A program made the translations under genes and the position numbers. This document shows positions 37,816 through 50,183 of a stretch of 64,000 bases of DNA, in pieces. Below the pieces are notes generated by a model. The model was not told the DNA's origin. It worked only from the letters and a program-made list of their open reading frames with translations, and did not search any database. This DNA comes from Haliotis cracherodii. Lineage: Eukaryota. The stretch is from assembly GCF_022045235.1 (NCBI RefSeq), contig NW_027266272.1, positions 6,758,001 through 6,822,000 on the forward strand. Direction: 5' to 3'. Numbering within the stretch: the first letter of the stretch is position 1; the number at the start of each line of letters is the position of its first letter.

Positions 37816-38414
37816 TGATCCTCCCAGGGAAGACTCGGGTATATACAAGACCCCGTCATGAAATTGAATTCACCCATTCATGTCTGATGTTATTGCTGGA
37901 ATGTCTGGAGAAATGGTTATTCCATTGTGATGTATTTCATACAGGTATCAGTTTTGTACCTTGTTTACAGAGTTTCGGCGAGTTTTCAGCCTAGAACGTT
38001 TTGTTTCGTTTGTATTTTTTTGTGAAATCCAATTTTCAAGTATATAGTTTCTTTTGCCCGCCAGTATATGTTCTGGTATATCCATACTTTTTTATCAAAA
38101 TCATGTCTATTTCGCTTTTCGAATAAGTAAATGTCAATCACCCATAGGGGTGCAGTTATATGAGAAATTGTTTTAATAATTTCTCAGTCAGCATTATATA
38201 TTTGCTTTATGTTGATTGGCTAATTCCTTGTCATTCGATGTTTATTTACTTTAATTGTTAGTGATGCAGCAATAGTTAAATTAGCAATTCATGCTCACTG
38301 CTGTCCATTGTTCATGACGTCACAGACTGTGTTGCCGCCCCTACAATTGATAAGAAAAGTTACATTTTATAGGATAGATAACACTCATCTGGGCATTGCG
38401 GATTATCTTCCTAG

Positions 38415-38662
38415 TCATCTAAGGCGCTGCAATTAGCTGTGCAGAGTTGCGTCCCTTGGGCACCCCAGAACTCTATGATCCTGGGTTCGAATCCCGGTTC
38501 GCTCCGATTATGTTTCAAGGTTTGTCATTCTCAAGATCGTGGTAAGCGTCTGAGATCTGCATCACTCCGGGTTTTCTTCCCACATCAAGCTGACACGACG
38601 TGATATAGCTGGAATACTGTTCAAAGCAGCATTAAGCCCAACTCACTCACTCACTCACTCAC
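38415..38662 (+). mobile_element. SINE family D
   Basis: ctaaggcgctgc..gcagagttgcgtcccttgggcac..gggttcgaatccc..(actc)n. Confidence 0.9.
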
Positions 38663-38783
38663 TGCAGCAGGGACAGATAATCAGTGATTCCTTATAACTC
38701 GTGCAGTAGTCTCTGAATATTCATGACATTTCTCCCACAGATGTTATCAATGATATCTTGCATGACGTAATGATTTATTATTT

Positions 38784-39572
38784 ATTCTACCATGAATTTG
38801 GAATTTACTCGATTCTGATTGGTCAATCAGAGGCTATTAAATCACAATAAACCCCCTCTGATTGAAACAGCTAGTTTGACGGCCGCATCACCGCGGAAGC
38901 TAACATTCATAGAACAGTACTATTTTCAGTCATTGCCGGTAGGCATATTCAAATTACTATATCTACAATTACAGGTTACAAAATGCACAGATGCGGTTAC
39001 TAGACTATTTAAAGGATGTGTGGCAATACACTTCGTGCAGAAAAACACGACAGAAATCAACAAAGGGAATGTATTTACGTTTTGGAGACAACAGAGAACT
39101 TGGAATTTTGGCGCTTTTCTATATATGACTGTGACGTCACAATGAGCGATATGACGTCATAATAGCATGTAGAGCGAAAGCCTTGCAAAGCTTGCTTTGT
39201 TTTCTTTAGGGATGCCCACCTCATGTTAGCTTACCAAGTTGCCTCGCTTATATGCTTTCAATGCCTGTCATATGTTCGAGTGAAGTATTACGGTGTAAAC
39301 AAACTGCTTGAGTATATACAACACCATATTTTGTTCGGTGATTCTGTAATTCAGATCGATAACCAACTCAAAACACTGAACTCAACCCATGCCGCTTCAC
39401 TCAGTATATTTGCTAACACCAAAGAGTTCGCGTTTTTTTAGTCATGGTAGAATGGAGATAAACATACTGTGTTTTCAATGTAGAGCTGCGCGTTCGGTTC
39501 CAAATTCAATTTAGCGGGGTTAAATCTACAGGTAACCTAGCTCTACATTGAAAACACAGTATGTTTATCTCC
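38784..39572 (+). mobile_element. Composite non-autonomous DNA element G: 12-bp-TIR body (38784-39453) plus palindromic unit (39454-39572)
   Basis: attctaccatga...tcatggtagaat, then ggagataaacatactgtgttttcaatgtagagct and its reverse complement; second copy inverted at 54064-54908. Confidence 0.85.
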
Positions 39573-39765
39573 TAATTTTACACTTAATATCAGTAACTAT
39601 CAATTAAAAGCTGCATGACGTCATTATATTATTTGATGACGCCGTTGTATCTCGAGGGTAGAAAAGAACAAATCGCCAAGACACTGAGATAAAAGTCGAC
39701 TTGATGCAGAAGCTAGACCAGTTTGTGTTGCGTAAACTTGATTGACACCGATACTTGGAAAGGCA

Positions 39766-39945
39766 TTGAACTGGTTTCGGATTCACGTCTTGAGTAAATT
39801 TTAAACTTGGTTAACTAGTTGAACATTGAACTGGTGTTGGATTCGTGTTGCAGGTATATTTTAAACTTGGTGAACTGGTTGGACATTGGCTTAGATTCAG
39901 ATTCGTGTTTTGAATAAACCCTAGACTTGATTAACTGGCTCCATC
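39766..39945. repeat. Diverged 60-bp tandem repeat (3 copies)
   Basis: gattc..aaacttgg..aactgg motifs recur in units starting 39766, 39826 and 39886. Confidence 0.7.
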
Positions 39946-40257
39946 GTGCGTCTGGCTTTACGTATATCAGACAGACAGGTACCCAGTCAATAAACTTTAT
40001 TCTCACTGATAACCAGTTTCATTTTGAGTTGAACCGGTTTCAGCTTCACGTTTATGACGAAGAAGACAACTTCATCCAAATTCGCGATCCAAACCTAAAC
40101 TGGATTGGAAGAATTAAGGGGAATTTCTAAGTCAGAGCTATGAAACACAGATATTTTTTTATAACATATTCAATGTTACAAGATCCATTAAAATTCAGTG
40201 CGTTTGGGGATAACGGTGTTTCAAAATGGCACCGGTTGCTTTTATGTACAGGTCGTT

Positions 40258-40423
40258 GAGTGAGTGAGTGAGTATGGTTTTGCGCCGCTTTTAGACATAT
40301 TCCAGCAATATCATGGCGGGGGACACCAAAAATGGGCTTCACACATTGTACCCACGTTGGACTCGAACCCCGGCCTTCGGCGTGAAGAGCGAACACTTTA
40401 ACCACTAGGCTACAACACCGCCC
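40258..40423 (-). mobile_element. SINE family C, full length
   Basis: (gagt)n tail through ctttaaccactaggctac..accgccc. Confidence 0.9.
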
Positions 40424-40829
40424 TTTTTTTCAGTTTGGTCATTACCGCCGATCGTCATTTAATACCACTGCTCAGACAAAACATATAAATTGTTTTCCTT
40501 GTTTTTCGCTCACCTATAACAAAACACACTCACCTATCAAGAAACCACACCGAGTCGCCAACAGGACACGCCAAGGAAAGAGTAAAACCTTTAATTTGAT
40601 ATCTTAATGTTTAAAACCGGATTGCCCTACTGCTCGTTCCAGCATTAATTGAGAGAATTCTGTCAAATGTGATACGTAGGTTCTTGTTTATAATGCCTGC
40701 TTAAACGTTCGGTTAATCCACAGCATACATACATCACCCCTCTTAACAACGCTGAGTGCGCCATACTGCTCTACACTGATACGTGAGAGGTATACGCAAG
40801 GTCAATCTGAACCTTCTTATATTTCCTCT

Positions 40830-41063
40830 GAATTTAAAGCCTGGCATTGTCGGAATTCTTCCTTTCTGTGTGTTTGCCATGGCGCCGCCATTTGAGAAAT
40901 AATTAGGTTCCAAATAATGCAAAATGTGTTTGTTTCGCTTGACCCAAGAGGCTTTTGTCCGCCAAATTGACATACGAGAACGTAAGCGGTTTCCGATTGC
41001 GTTATCAAATTACGGTACTTTCTTGTTATGTTTGCGCTGTGTTATGGGTACAGTTAGGAGTTG
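40830..41063. repeat. About 230-bp direct repeat H, copy 1
   Basis: Highly similar to 46472-46704. Confidence 0.9.
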
Positions 41064-41876
41064 ATAAATTTCTTGTTTTGATTTTGGCGTTGTTTTTTAA
41101 TAATGCAACCTCATTTATAAGACTATAAATTCTTCGCTGTTTCGGTGATTGCAATAGGACTTTAAGCATACGGGTTCAGACAAGGTGACGCATTGCAGAA
41201 TGATTAATCTGATATTTGATCTGCAGTTTGGTTTTATTAACACCTGACAAATCACAGAAATTATTGAATGAGACCATCATGATGGAAATAGCACAATGAT
41301 TGCAATAAATCGTTAGGCATATTTGCCGACGTTTTCTGTTTATTGTTTTAGGTCAGTTCTAGGTCTGAAAAATAGTCCCGTTACGAAGACGTGTTTTTTT
41401 TAAGTTTTATCTGATACTACTTTGAAACATATACGACATATATAGTTTATATATCGATCGCGAGATGCTTATCAGATGCTTATTAACAGAGTATGGCACC
41501 TGGTGTACACTGTCGGGGCCGGGATAACGAGACATGGGGAAGGGGGTTCGAGCTGAGGTTCTTGTATAGACAGTTTCGTTTAGTCAAAGGATGATGTTAC
41601 TGTACAGTGAATTCCCGTTTGGCTGGAACTCTTGTATTCCAAAACAACCCATGTTGTCCCTTGTTAACATCAAATATATCTTTATGACATCTTTATTGCA
41701 TCATATGTCTCTCGATAACACCCAGAACTTCAGGAAAGTGCTAATGTCTCTTGATAATATACCGTAGTGTCTCCAGAAAACTTCCAGTATGTCAGAATAA
41801 CATTCTATTTGGAAAACTTAAAGTGTGTCATTATACCAAAGGCACACACACAAAAGTTTCAAAATGTAAGAATTTT

Positions 41877-43364
41877 ATATGCTCAACAACTAAAGTTCCT
41901 TTGACACCAATATTTTAATGTATTTTTAGTAAAGTTGGGTTTTCAATATTGTAGTACATGTATGGAATCAAGTCACAAAAACGCAACTGCATTCCATGCA
42001 AAAGTTGACTTTTATGCAAGCAACATGCATTTCACTACCCAAGAATGGGTGTAAAAACGTGCGTTAACGGGATTCCATATGCATTGTTTAGCATCGAGCT
42101 GACAACAACCACTCCGAAAAACAACAAAATTACGCAATTATTCAACATTACGAAAAGCCACGCCTGTCCGAAAATGAGCGTCTGCGAGCCATTGGTATGC
42201 TTGAAGCAGGATCGAGTCAACGTGACAACTTAACGTCCACAGAAACACCATTTGGTGTTTATGGCAACGTTGGCAACAGACGAATGCAGTCAGAGACCAT
42301 CCTCGGAGTGGCAGGCCATGCGTAATCAATAATCGACAAGAAAACTAGATTCGAACAACACACCTACGAAATCGATTCCAGCTAGCAACAGTGACTGCAA
42401 GAAGCATCCCTGGCCTTCGACAATATCTTCACAAACCATACGTCGTCGCCTCGGATGTGCAGGGATTGTCGCCATCAGACCCGCTAGACGTCCCATTTTG
42501 ACAGAAAACCACCGTTAGGTACGTCTACAGTGGTGCAGACAGCGCTACGCTGGACGGCCATGCAGTGGGGACAAGTTCTAATCACTGACGAGTCTCGTTT
42601 TCACCTTAGCCACAGCGATGGACGGATTCGAGTGTACCGACGTCGAGATGAACGTTACGTCAATCATTGTGTTATGGAAGAAGATCGGTACGGGGGCGGC
42701 AGCGTTATGGTATGGGATGGGATTACAGCAAGACAGAGGACCCGTTTGATAGTGGTAGAGGGAAATCTCAATGGACAGCTACAGCTACAGCTACCGCGAC
42801 GAGATCATCGGCCCTGTTGTTCTACCGTTTTTGCGTCGTCATGGCCCAGGCATTACATTTCAACATGACAACGCCCGGCCTCATATTGCTCGACTTGTTC
42901 AGGATTCTCTTCAACAAAACAACGTAAATGTCATCCCCAGGCCGGCTCGCTCCCCTGATCTCTCCCCAATCGAGCACATGTGGAATGAGATGGATCGGCG
43001 CCTTCGACGTCAACCACGTGTTCCACACACTCCAGGAATTTCGAAGCATGCTCCAGTAGATATGGACAGATATCCCACAGGACTTTGTGCGACGCCTGTT
43101 CCATTCCATGAGACGAAGATATGTTACTTGCATCGCAACCAGAGGTGGACACACCCGCTATTGATTTGTAAATTGACATTTTGGCATGTTCATGTTTTTG
43201 TATGAAATCACTCATTTTTTAAGTCAGTATGGCAAATTAAACCATTTGAACACTTACAGGAGTCTTTTATCTGTTGCAAACCGAAATTGTTTCAGATTTG
43301 ATAAAAAACATAACTTTGCATTAAATCTTATTCAATGTCACAGGAACTTTTGTTATTCAGTATA
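41877..43364 (+). mobile_element. Tc1-family DNA transposon, decayed
   Basis: Degenerate TIRs (..caacaactaaagttcctttgaca versus rc of tgtcacaggaacttttgttattcag) with TA flanks; internal transposase. Confidence 0.85.
42155..43164 (+). pseudogene. Tc1 DD34E transposase pseudogene
   Basis: PRLSENERLRAIGMLEAG, PRSGRP, ITDESRF, GGGSVMVW, FQHDNARPH, SPDLSPIEHMW, GGHTRY*; ATG mutated to AAG, internal stops, (cagcta)3 frameshift near 42776. Confidence 0.95.
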
Positions 43365-43504
43365 TAAGAAATGAGTCAAATATTCACTCAAGGTGCATTG
43401 CATTAAAGGTGAGTACAGTTTTTAGTATTTGGTAATACCGCGACAACTCGGCATGAGAGCCGCACCCTGCATTGCGTCCAAGAGGAATATTGGGCCTATA
43501 TTTC

Positions 43505-43655
43505 AGTGAGTGAGTATGGTTTTACGCCGCTTTTAGGAATATTCCAGCAATATCACGGTGTCCACAATATAAATGGGCTTCACACATTGTACCCTTTCGG
43601 GAATTGAATTCAGGCCTTCGACGTAAAGAGCGATCACCCTAACCATAGGTTACCC
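43505..43655 (-). mobile_element. SINE family C, degenerate
   Basis: gagtgagtatggttttacgccgctttt..aatgggcttcacacattgtaccc. Confidence 0.85.
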
Positions 43656-43799
43656 TTAACATCTAATGTTTCTTTAAAATATCCAATGCTCTTGACAAAA
43701 TAAATTCAGAGTGTCCCCAAAGCATCAAGTTCTTTTGAAACATGAATAAAGTGTGTCTTGGAAACACACATTGCTCTTAAAAGAATACATCCACATAAT

Positions 43800-46175
43800 G
43801 CTCTTGTAAACATACATCAAGTGCTCTTGTAAACGTCCAGTGTGTCTGGTAAACATCCAGTGCTCTTGAAAACATCAAATGTGCCTTGTAAAACACCCAG
43901 AGCGTCTGGAAAACACACAGTGTGTCTTGTAAACATCTAGTGCTCTTGAAAACATTCAGTGTGCCTTGTAAAGATCCAGTGTGTCTTGTGAAGATCCAGT
44001 GTGTCTTGTAAACATTCAATGTGTCTTGCAAACATCCAGTGTGTCTTGTAAACATCCAATGTGTCTTGTAAACATCCAGTGTGTCTTGTAAACATCCAAT
44101 GTGTCTTGTAAACATCCAGTGGGTCTTGTAAACATTCAATGTGTCTTGTAAACATCCAGTGTGTCTTGTAAACATTCAATGTGTCTTGTAAACATCCAGT
44201 GTGTCTTGTAAACATCCAATGTGTCTTGTAAACATCCAGTGTGTCTTGTTCACATCCAATGTGTCTTGTAAACATTCAATGTGTCTTGTAAACATCCAGT
44301 GTGTCTAGTAAACATCCAGTGTGTCTTGTAAACATCCAGTGTGTCTTGTAAACATTCAGTGTGTCTTATAAACATCCAGTGTGTCTTGTAAACATCCAGT
44401 GTGTCTTTTAAACATCCAGTGTGTCTTTTAAACATCCAGTGTGTCTAGTAAACATCCAGTGTGTCTTGTAAACATTCAGTGTGTCTTGTTAACATCCAGG
44501 GGGTCTTGTAAACATCCAGTGTGTCTAGTAAACATCCAGTGTATCTTGTTCACATCCAGTGTGTCTTGTAAACATCCAGTGTGTCTTGTTCACATCCAGT
44601 GTGTCTTGTAAACATCCAGTGTGTCTTGTAAACATCCAGTGTGTCTAGTAAACATCCAGTGTGTCTAGTAAACATCCAGTGTGTCTTGTAAACATCCAGT
44701 GTGTCTTGTAAACATCCAGTGTGTCTAGTAAACATCCAGTGTGTCTTGTAAAGATCCAGTGTGTCTTTTAAACATCCAGTGTGTCTTGTAAACATCCAGT
44801 GTGTCTAGTAAACATTCAGTGTATCTAGTAAACATCCAATGTGTCTTGTAAACATCCAGTGTGTCTTGTAAACATCCAGTGTGTCTTGTAAACATCCAGT
44901 GTGTCTTGTAAACATCCAGTGTGTCTTGTAAACATCCAATGTGTCTTGTAAACATCCAGTGTGTCTTGTAAACATCCAGTGTGTCTTGTAAACACCCAGT
45001 GTGTCTTGTTAACATCCAGTGTGTCTTGTAAACATCCAGTGTGCCTTGTAAACGTCCAGTGTGTCTAGTAAACATCCAGTGTGTCTAGTAAACATCCAAT
45101 GTGTCTTGTAAACATCCAGTGTGTCTTGTTAACATCCAGTGTGTCTTGTAAACATCCAGTGTGTCTAGTAAACATCCAGTGGGTCTTGTAAACATCCAGT
45201 GTGTCTTGTTAACATCCAGTGTGTCTTGTTAACATCCAGTGTGTCTTGTAAACATCCAGTGTGTCTTGTTAACATCCAGTGGGTCTAGTAAACATCCAGT
45301 GTGTCTTGTAAACATCCAGTGTGTCTTGTAAACATCCAGTGTGTCTTGTAAACATCCAGTGTGTCTTGTAAACATCCAGTGTGTCTAGTAAACATCCAGT
45401 GGGTCTTGTAAACATCCAGTGTGTCTAGTAAACATCCAATGTGTCTTGTAAACATCCAGTGTGTCTTGTAAACATCCAGTGTGTCTTGTAAACATCCAGT
45501 GTGTCTTGTTAACATCCAGTGTGTCTTGTAAACATCCAGTGTGTCTTGTTAACATCCAGGGGGTCTTGTAAACATCCAGTGTGTCTTGTAAACATCCAGT
45601 GTGTCTTGTAAACATCCAGTGTGTCTTGTAAACATCCAATGTGTCTTGTAAACATCCAGTGTATCTTGTAAACATCCAGTGTGTCTTGTAAACATCCAGT
45701 GTGTCTTGTAAACATCCAGTGTGTCTAGTAAACATCCAGTGTGTCTTGTAAACATCGATTGTCTTGTAAACGTCCAGTGTGTCTTGTAAACATCCAGTGT
45801 GTCTTGTAAACATCCAGTGTGCCTTGTAAACGTCCAGTGTGTCTAGTAAACATCCAGTGTGTCTAGTAAACATCCAGTGTGTCTTGTAAACGTCCAGTGT
45901 GTCTTGTAAACGTCCAGTGTGTCTTGTAAACATCCAGTGTGTCTTGTAAACGTCCAGTGTGTCTAGTAAAAATCCAGTGTGCCTTGTTAACATCCAGTGT
46001 ATCTTGTAAACGTCCAGTGTGTCTTGAAAACATCCAGTGTGTCTTGTAAACATCGATTGTCTTGAAAACATCCAGTGTGTCTTGTTAACATCCAGTGTAT
46101 CTTGTAAACGTCCAGTGTGTCTTGTAATCATCGATTGTCTTGAAGACATCCAGTGTGTCTTGAAAACATCAAGTG
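43800..46175. repeat. 20-bp minisatellite (aacatccagtgtgtcttgta)
   Basis: About 115 units with a very homogeneous core. Confidence 0.98.
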
Positions 46176-46471
46176 CTTACTGAAACCATAAGCTATTTCA
46201 GGATGAAATTCTGAATCTGCGTCTTTTCACTGAGTTAAATTCCTATTCTCAGCAATGTCATAGCTATATCACAACGGTCTGTATATACTCAACCGGTTGA
46301 TGATAACACGATCAACGAATCTCACTTCATTGTAACCACCCGGTCTTCATTTCAATCGGTTTTTAGCGTCATGTACCGGGTACCCAGAGTCTCTGACGTG
46401 TCTGGACAACTTAATAAAAATAATCAATATTCTTGTATAAATATGTTTCGGTAGATTCTGTCAAATAGATC

Positions 46472-46704
46472 GAATTTAAAGCCTGGCATTAACGGAATTC
46501 TTCCTTCTGTGTTTGCCATGGCGCCACCATTTGAGAAATAAATAGGTTTCAAATTATGCACAATGTGTTTGTTTCGCTTGACCCAAGAGGCTTTCGTCGC
46601 ACAAATTGACGTACGAGAACGTAAGCGGTTTCTGATTGCGTTATCTAATTATGTTACTTTCTTGTGTTATGTTTGCGCTGTGTTATGGGTACAGTTAGGA
46701 GTTG
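46472..46704. repeat. About 230-bp direct repeat H, copy 2
   Basis: Highly similar to 40830-41063. Confidence 0.9.
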
Positions 46705-47449
46705 TGTTAATGTGTAAAGACATAGGTCACGTTCTCGGTTTCTTCCTGTTTATAAATAGATAGAACCTTCCGTGTATTTGTGTACTATGCATTAATAACC
46801 TGGGACGATATCAGCTTTAACAAACAAGGTCACCGCGCCCTGCCTTAAACTAATTATTCAACTTCAAGGAAATACAAAGACAACACATTTATATACTTGT
46901 CTCCTATGGCCTTCTGTTTGTGAATAATTCTTGGCATTACTTTGATAAATTAAGCTACCGTCTCATTGAAATCAAAATTGAATTAATTTGTTTTTGTAAG
47001 AATACATGACGTCGTATACTCAATTTCCATTTACTTGGGAAAAAATGGTTAATTTCGCAGAAGTAATTAACATTTCACAAACATGTTTGTAATTTTGTGA
47101 GTTTGATTATTGATTCTGTTATTTGATAGCGACTGTGTCGATGTTGAGATGAAAGGAAGGGCAGGATGAACGCTATTCAACTGACAACAATCATGAACTC
47201 GAATATCAAAGGTAAGATGACTCAAAACTAGGAAGTGTTTCGTTGATGACAAACTCCACCATTTTATTCCGACTTTATAACTTTCTTTATTACCATAACT
47301 GCCAGCATCACGACACAGCGTCTTCTTAGTGTGCTTCTATTTGTGAGTCTATTCTCTTTATGTAATGTAGACGACACAACTTAGCTATTGGTTTTCGGGG
47401 TTTTATGCATGTAGCCGATTTTATATGAAGCCAGATGAGTAAAACAGTT

Positions 47450-47666
47450 TTCAGACTAGATTGACATCTAGTCTCTGAAATGAACACATTTAACAGAAAA
47501 AACCAGTTGTTGAATCATAGTTATAAAATATAATAAAAAGGAGCTCAGAGACTTTCTTCATTTTCAGAAATACTGCAGTAATCTAGATTTGCAAAACATT
47601 ATAGACTTGCGTGGGCTGTATTGGATATATTTGTTTCAGGGCGTGTATGACAGATTATTATCAGAC
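47450..47666 (-). mobile_element. Interspersed repeat family F
   Basis: Reverse complement of 12120-12336; 9-bp hairpin agactagat-tgac-atctagtct. Confidence 0.65.
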
Positions 47667-47669
47667 CGG

Positions 47670-48325
47670 AGATGATTGTAAGATGAGTGTAAAATGGTTG
47701 TAAGAGGATTGTCAGAGGTTTGTAAGATGAGTGTAAGATGGTTTTTAGAGGATTGTAAGACGATTATAAGATGAGTATAAGATGGTTGAAAAATGAGTGT
47801 AGGATGGTTGTAAGATGACAGTAAGAGGATTGTAAGATGGTTGTAAGATAACTGTAAGAGGGTTGTAAGATGATTGTAAGAGGGTTGTAGGATGATTGTA
47901 AGAGGGTTGTAAGGTTATTGTAAGAGGGTTGTAGGATGATTTAAGAGGGTTGAAGGATGATTTTAAGATGTTGCAACATGGTTATAAGAGGATTGTAAGA
48001 TGAGTGTAGGATGGTTGTAAGATGACAGTAAGATGGATTGTAAGATGGTTGTAGGATGATTGTAAGAGGGTCGTAAGATGACTGTAAGAGTGTTGTAGGA
48101 TGATTGTAAGAGGGTTGTAAGATGACTGTAAAAGTGTTGTAGGATGATTGTAAGAGGGTTGTATGATGATTGTAAAAGGGTTGTAGGGTGATTGTAAGAG
48201 AGTTGTAGGATGATTGTAAGAGGGTTGTAGGATGACTGTAAGATTTTGCAAAATGGTTGTATGATGATTGTAAGATGATTTTTAGATGATAGTTAGATGA
48301 AAGTAAGATGAGTGTAAGATTTTTG
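47670..48325. repeat. 11-bp (22-bp dimer) minisatellite (gatgattgtaa/gagggttgtag)
   Basis: About 58 diverged 11-mers. Confidence 0.93.
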
Positions 48326-49262
48326 AAAGGTGATTAGCTTATGATCATAAGGAATAATGAATCCTCAATACTGCGAATCACGTTAATCCGGAAGCCCCAC
48401 TCTTCTGGAATTAAATCGACAAAAAACATGTCAATAATCATAAGAAATCTCTGCTTAAAGCAGTGTCCATTGTACGATTCCGACTATATTTTAAGCATGT
48501 GGAAGCCGTTCCAAACACATGCAAAGGCAAGTTAAGTGTTCGCCAGAAACAAACACGGGAACATATGGCACAAGTAAAAATAGGGTAATGCATCGATCTA
48601 TAGAAGTTAAAAGAGATCGAGAAGATTCCATATTACGGAAATCTGTTATTCACGACGATTCTTCGTGGAAGGATTCTGACGGGATTAACATAGATCATAG
48701 TTTATGTAGCCGTAGACATTACATACGTGTAAGTCGAATCTAGGTTGAATTACCTGTATTAAACCAGAAATGATTGAAAAGCTCTCTTTATCTAGCTCTT
48801 CACATGTGAGTGGCATTTCATGTATATATTTTTTTAAAACGCTCTGTATATCGATCTTGGGTTTATATGTATAATGCCTACATATATCTCATGTGTCTTG
48901 TATTTCCGTGTAATATATCCTATATGTACCCCGACATATGTATTGTGTATGCTCAGTTATATAATCTATATCTTTTATTTAGACGGGCATAAATTAGCCA
49001 AAAACTTGTGTCTATCGGTGTCTTATCAGCAATCCTTGACTTGCGTGCAATCAGAAAAAATATTTCTTAATTGCAAGCAAAATAAACAGCTTAGCATCTC
49101 ATCATTACACAAAGGAAACACTTTCTGAATTCTGGAAATCTTAATTACATCAGATTTCTTCTCCTGCCAACAATTTTCAGTTTCCAAGACGACAGTACAA
49201 TTTATCACGCACAGTATCTACGTAAACATTCACACAGCCTTATAGATAGTGGTCCCCCCTCC

Positions 49263-49264
<2 letters not shown>

Positions 49265-49305
<41 letters not shown>
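49265..49305. repeat. (CA)n microsatellite
   Basis: About 20 perfect units. Confidence 0.97.
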
Positions 49306-49307
<2 letters not shown>

Positions 49308-49559
49308 CGGTATACTCGATTCTCCTCACAGTCAAATATTATACTTTGTCCAACCTCCCAGAATCCCCACCACACACTGAATGAAACCCATGCGCCGAAC
49401 TCTCACCGCGCGGCTTTCGTGTTGAAACTCATGAATGGGCACCCCCCACACTACACGCCTAGAATTACTCGCATATTGTTCCTCCAACGGTGTTGAGCGT
49501 TGCGCGTAGGGAGAACGAAGACAGTCTTAACATAAACCCACTCATGTTTACTTCACGGA

Positions 49560-49900
49560 AGTATTCATGGCGACAAATCACCTGTTGGCCGTCAAGCAGG
49601 TGAATTCGCGACGAAACCCTCACTGCAGCGAGCCGCTTGTGTATTGTGGAGGTACGTGCGTTATGATTGAAAACCCCGCTGACCAATCATACTGACGTGT
49701 CCTGACCAGCGCGTGGTATGCTAAGTACCCTCGACCAATGAAAAGGCGTTAAGCTTTCTGCATGGGATTAATTCGTTTTAGGTACCGTGACTACGATGAC
49801 CGCACGATACAGTAGACGAGTATTTCTGCATTCATCGGGTTCGGAATTAACTCGTGTGTAGTTTGTTTGTGGGCCTTGTGACAAGGAACCTCGATCGGAG
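49560..49900 (+). promoter_or_regulatory. Probable Pol II promoter of the downstream gene
   Basis: Repeat-free and CpG-rich; CCAAT boxes near 49683 and 49736; CRE-like tgacgtgt near 49694; 300-600 bp upstream of the ATG. Confidence 0.45.
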
Positions 49901-50183
49901 CCGTGCGGGTTGTTTCAGCGGGAACAAGACATTACAAGACACACGCTTGTGTTATAGTCAAGATTACAGGCGGTATTGGGAGGAATATTTACACAAGAAG
50001 AAAACAAATCCTGGAAAAATCTCCTAATTGATTCCGTTTTTCTCGGAGTGAGTGCACGCGGGGAAAATGGTGTCGTATGGTGTTAGCTGAACGGCTGGGT
50101 TATTTGAGAAAAGAAAACGAATTAATAACCTCGTTTCACTGAAAGTTCTTCCTCACACAAGTCCTTTAACATTTCATCCAAAA

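Noticed and set aside
43800-46175. CRISPR-like regular repeats here and in other arrays
   Set aside because: Head-to-tail units with no unique spacers and no cas genes; eukaryotic context
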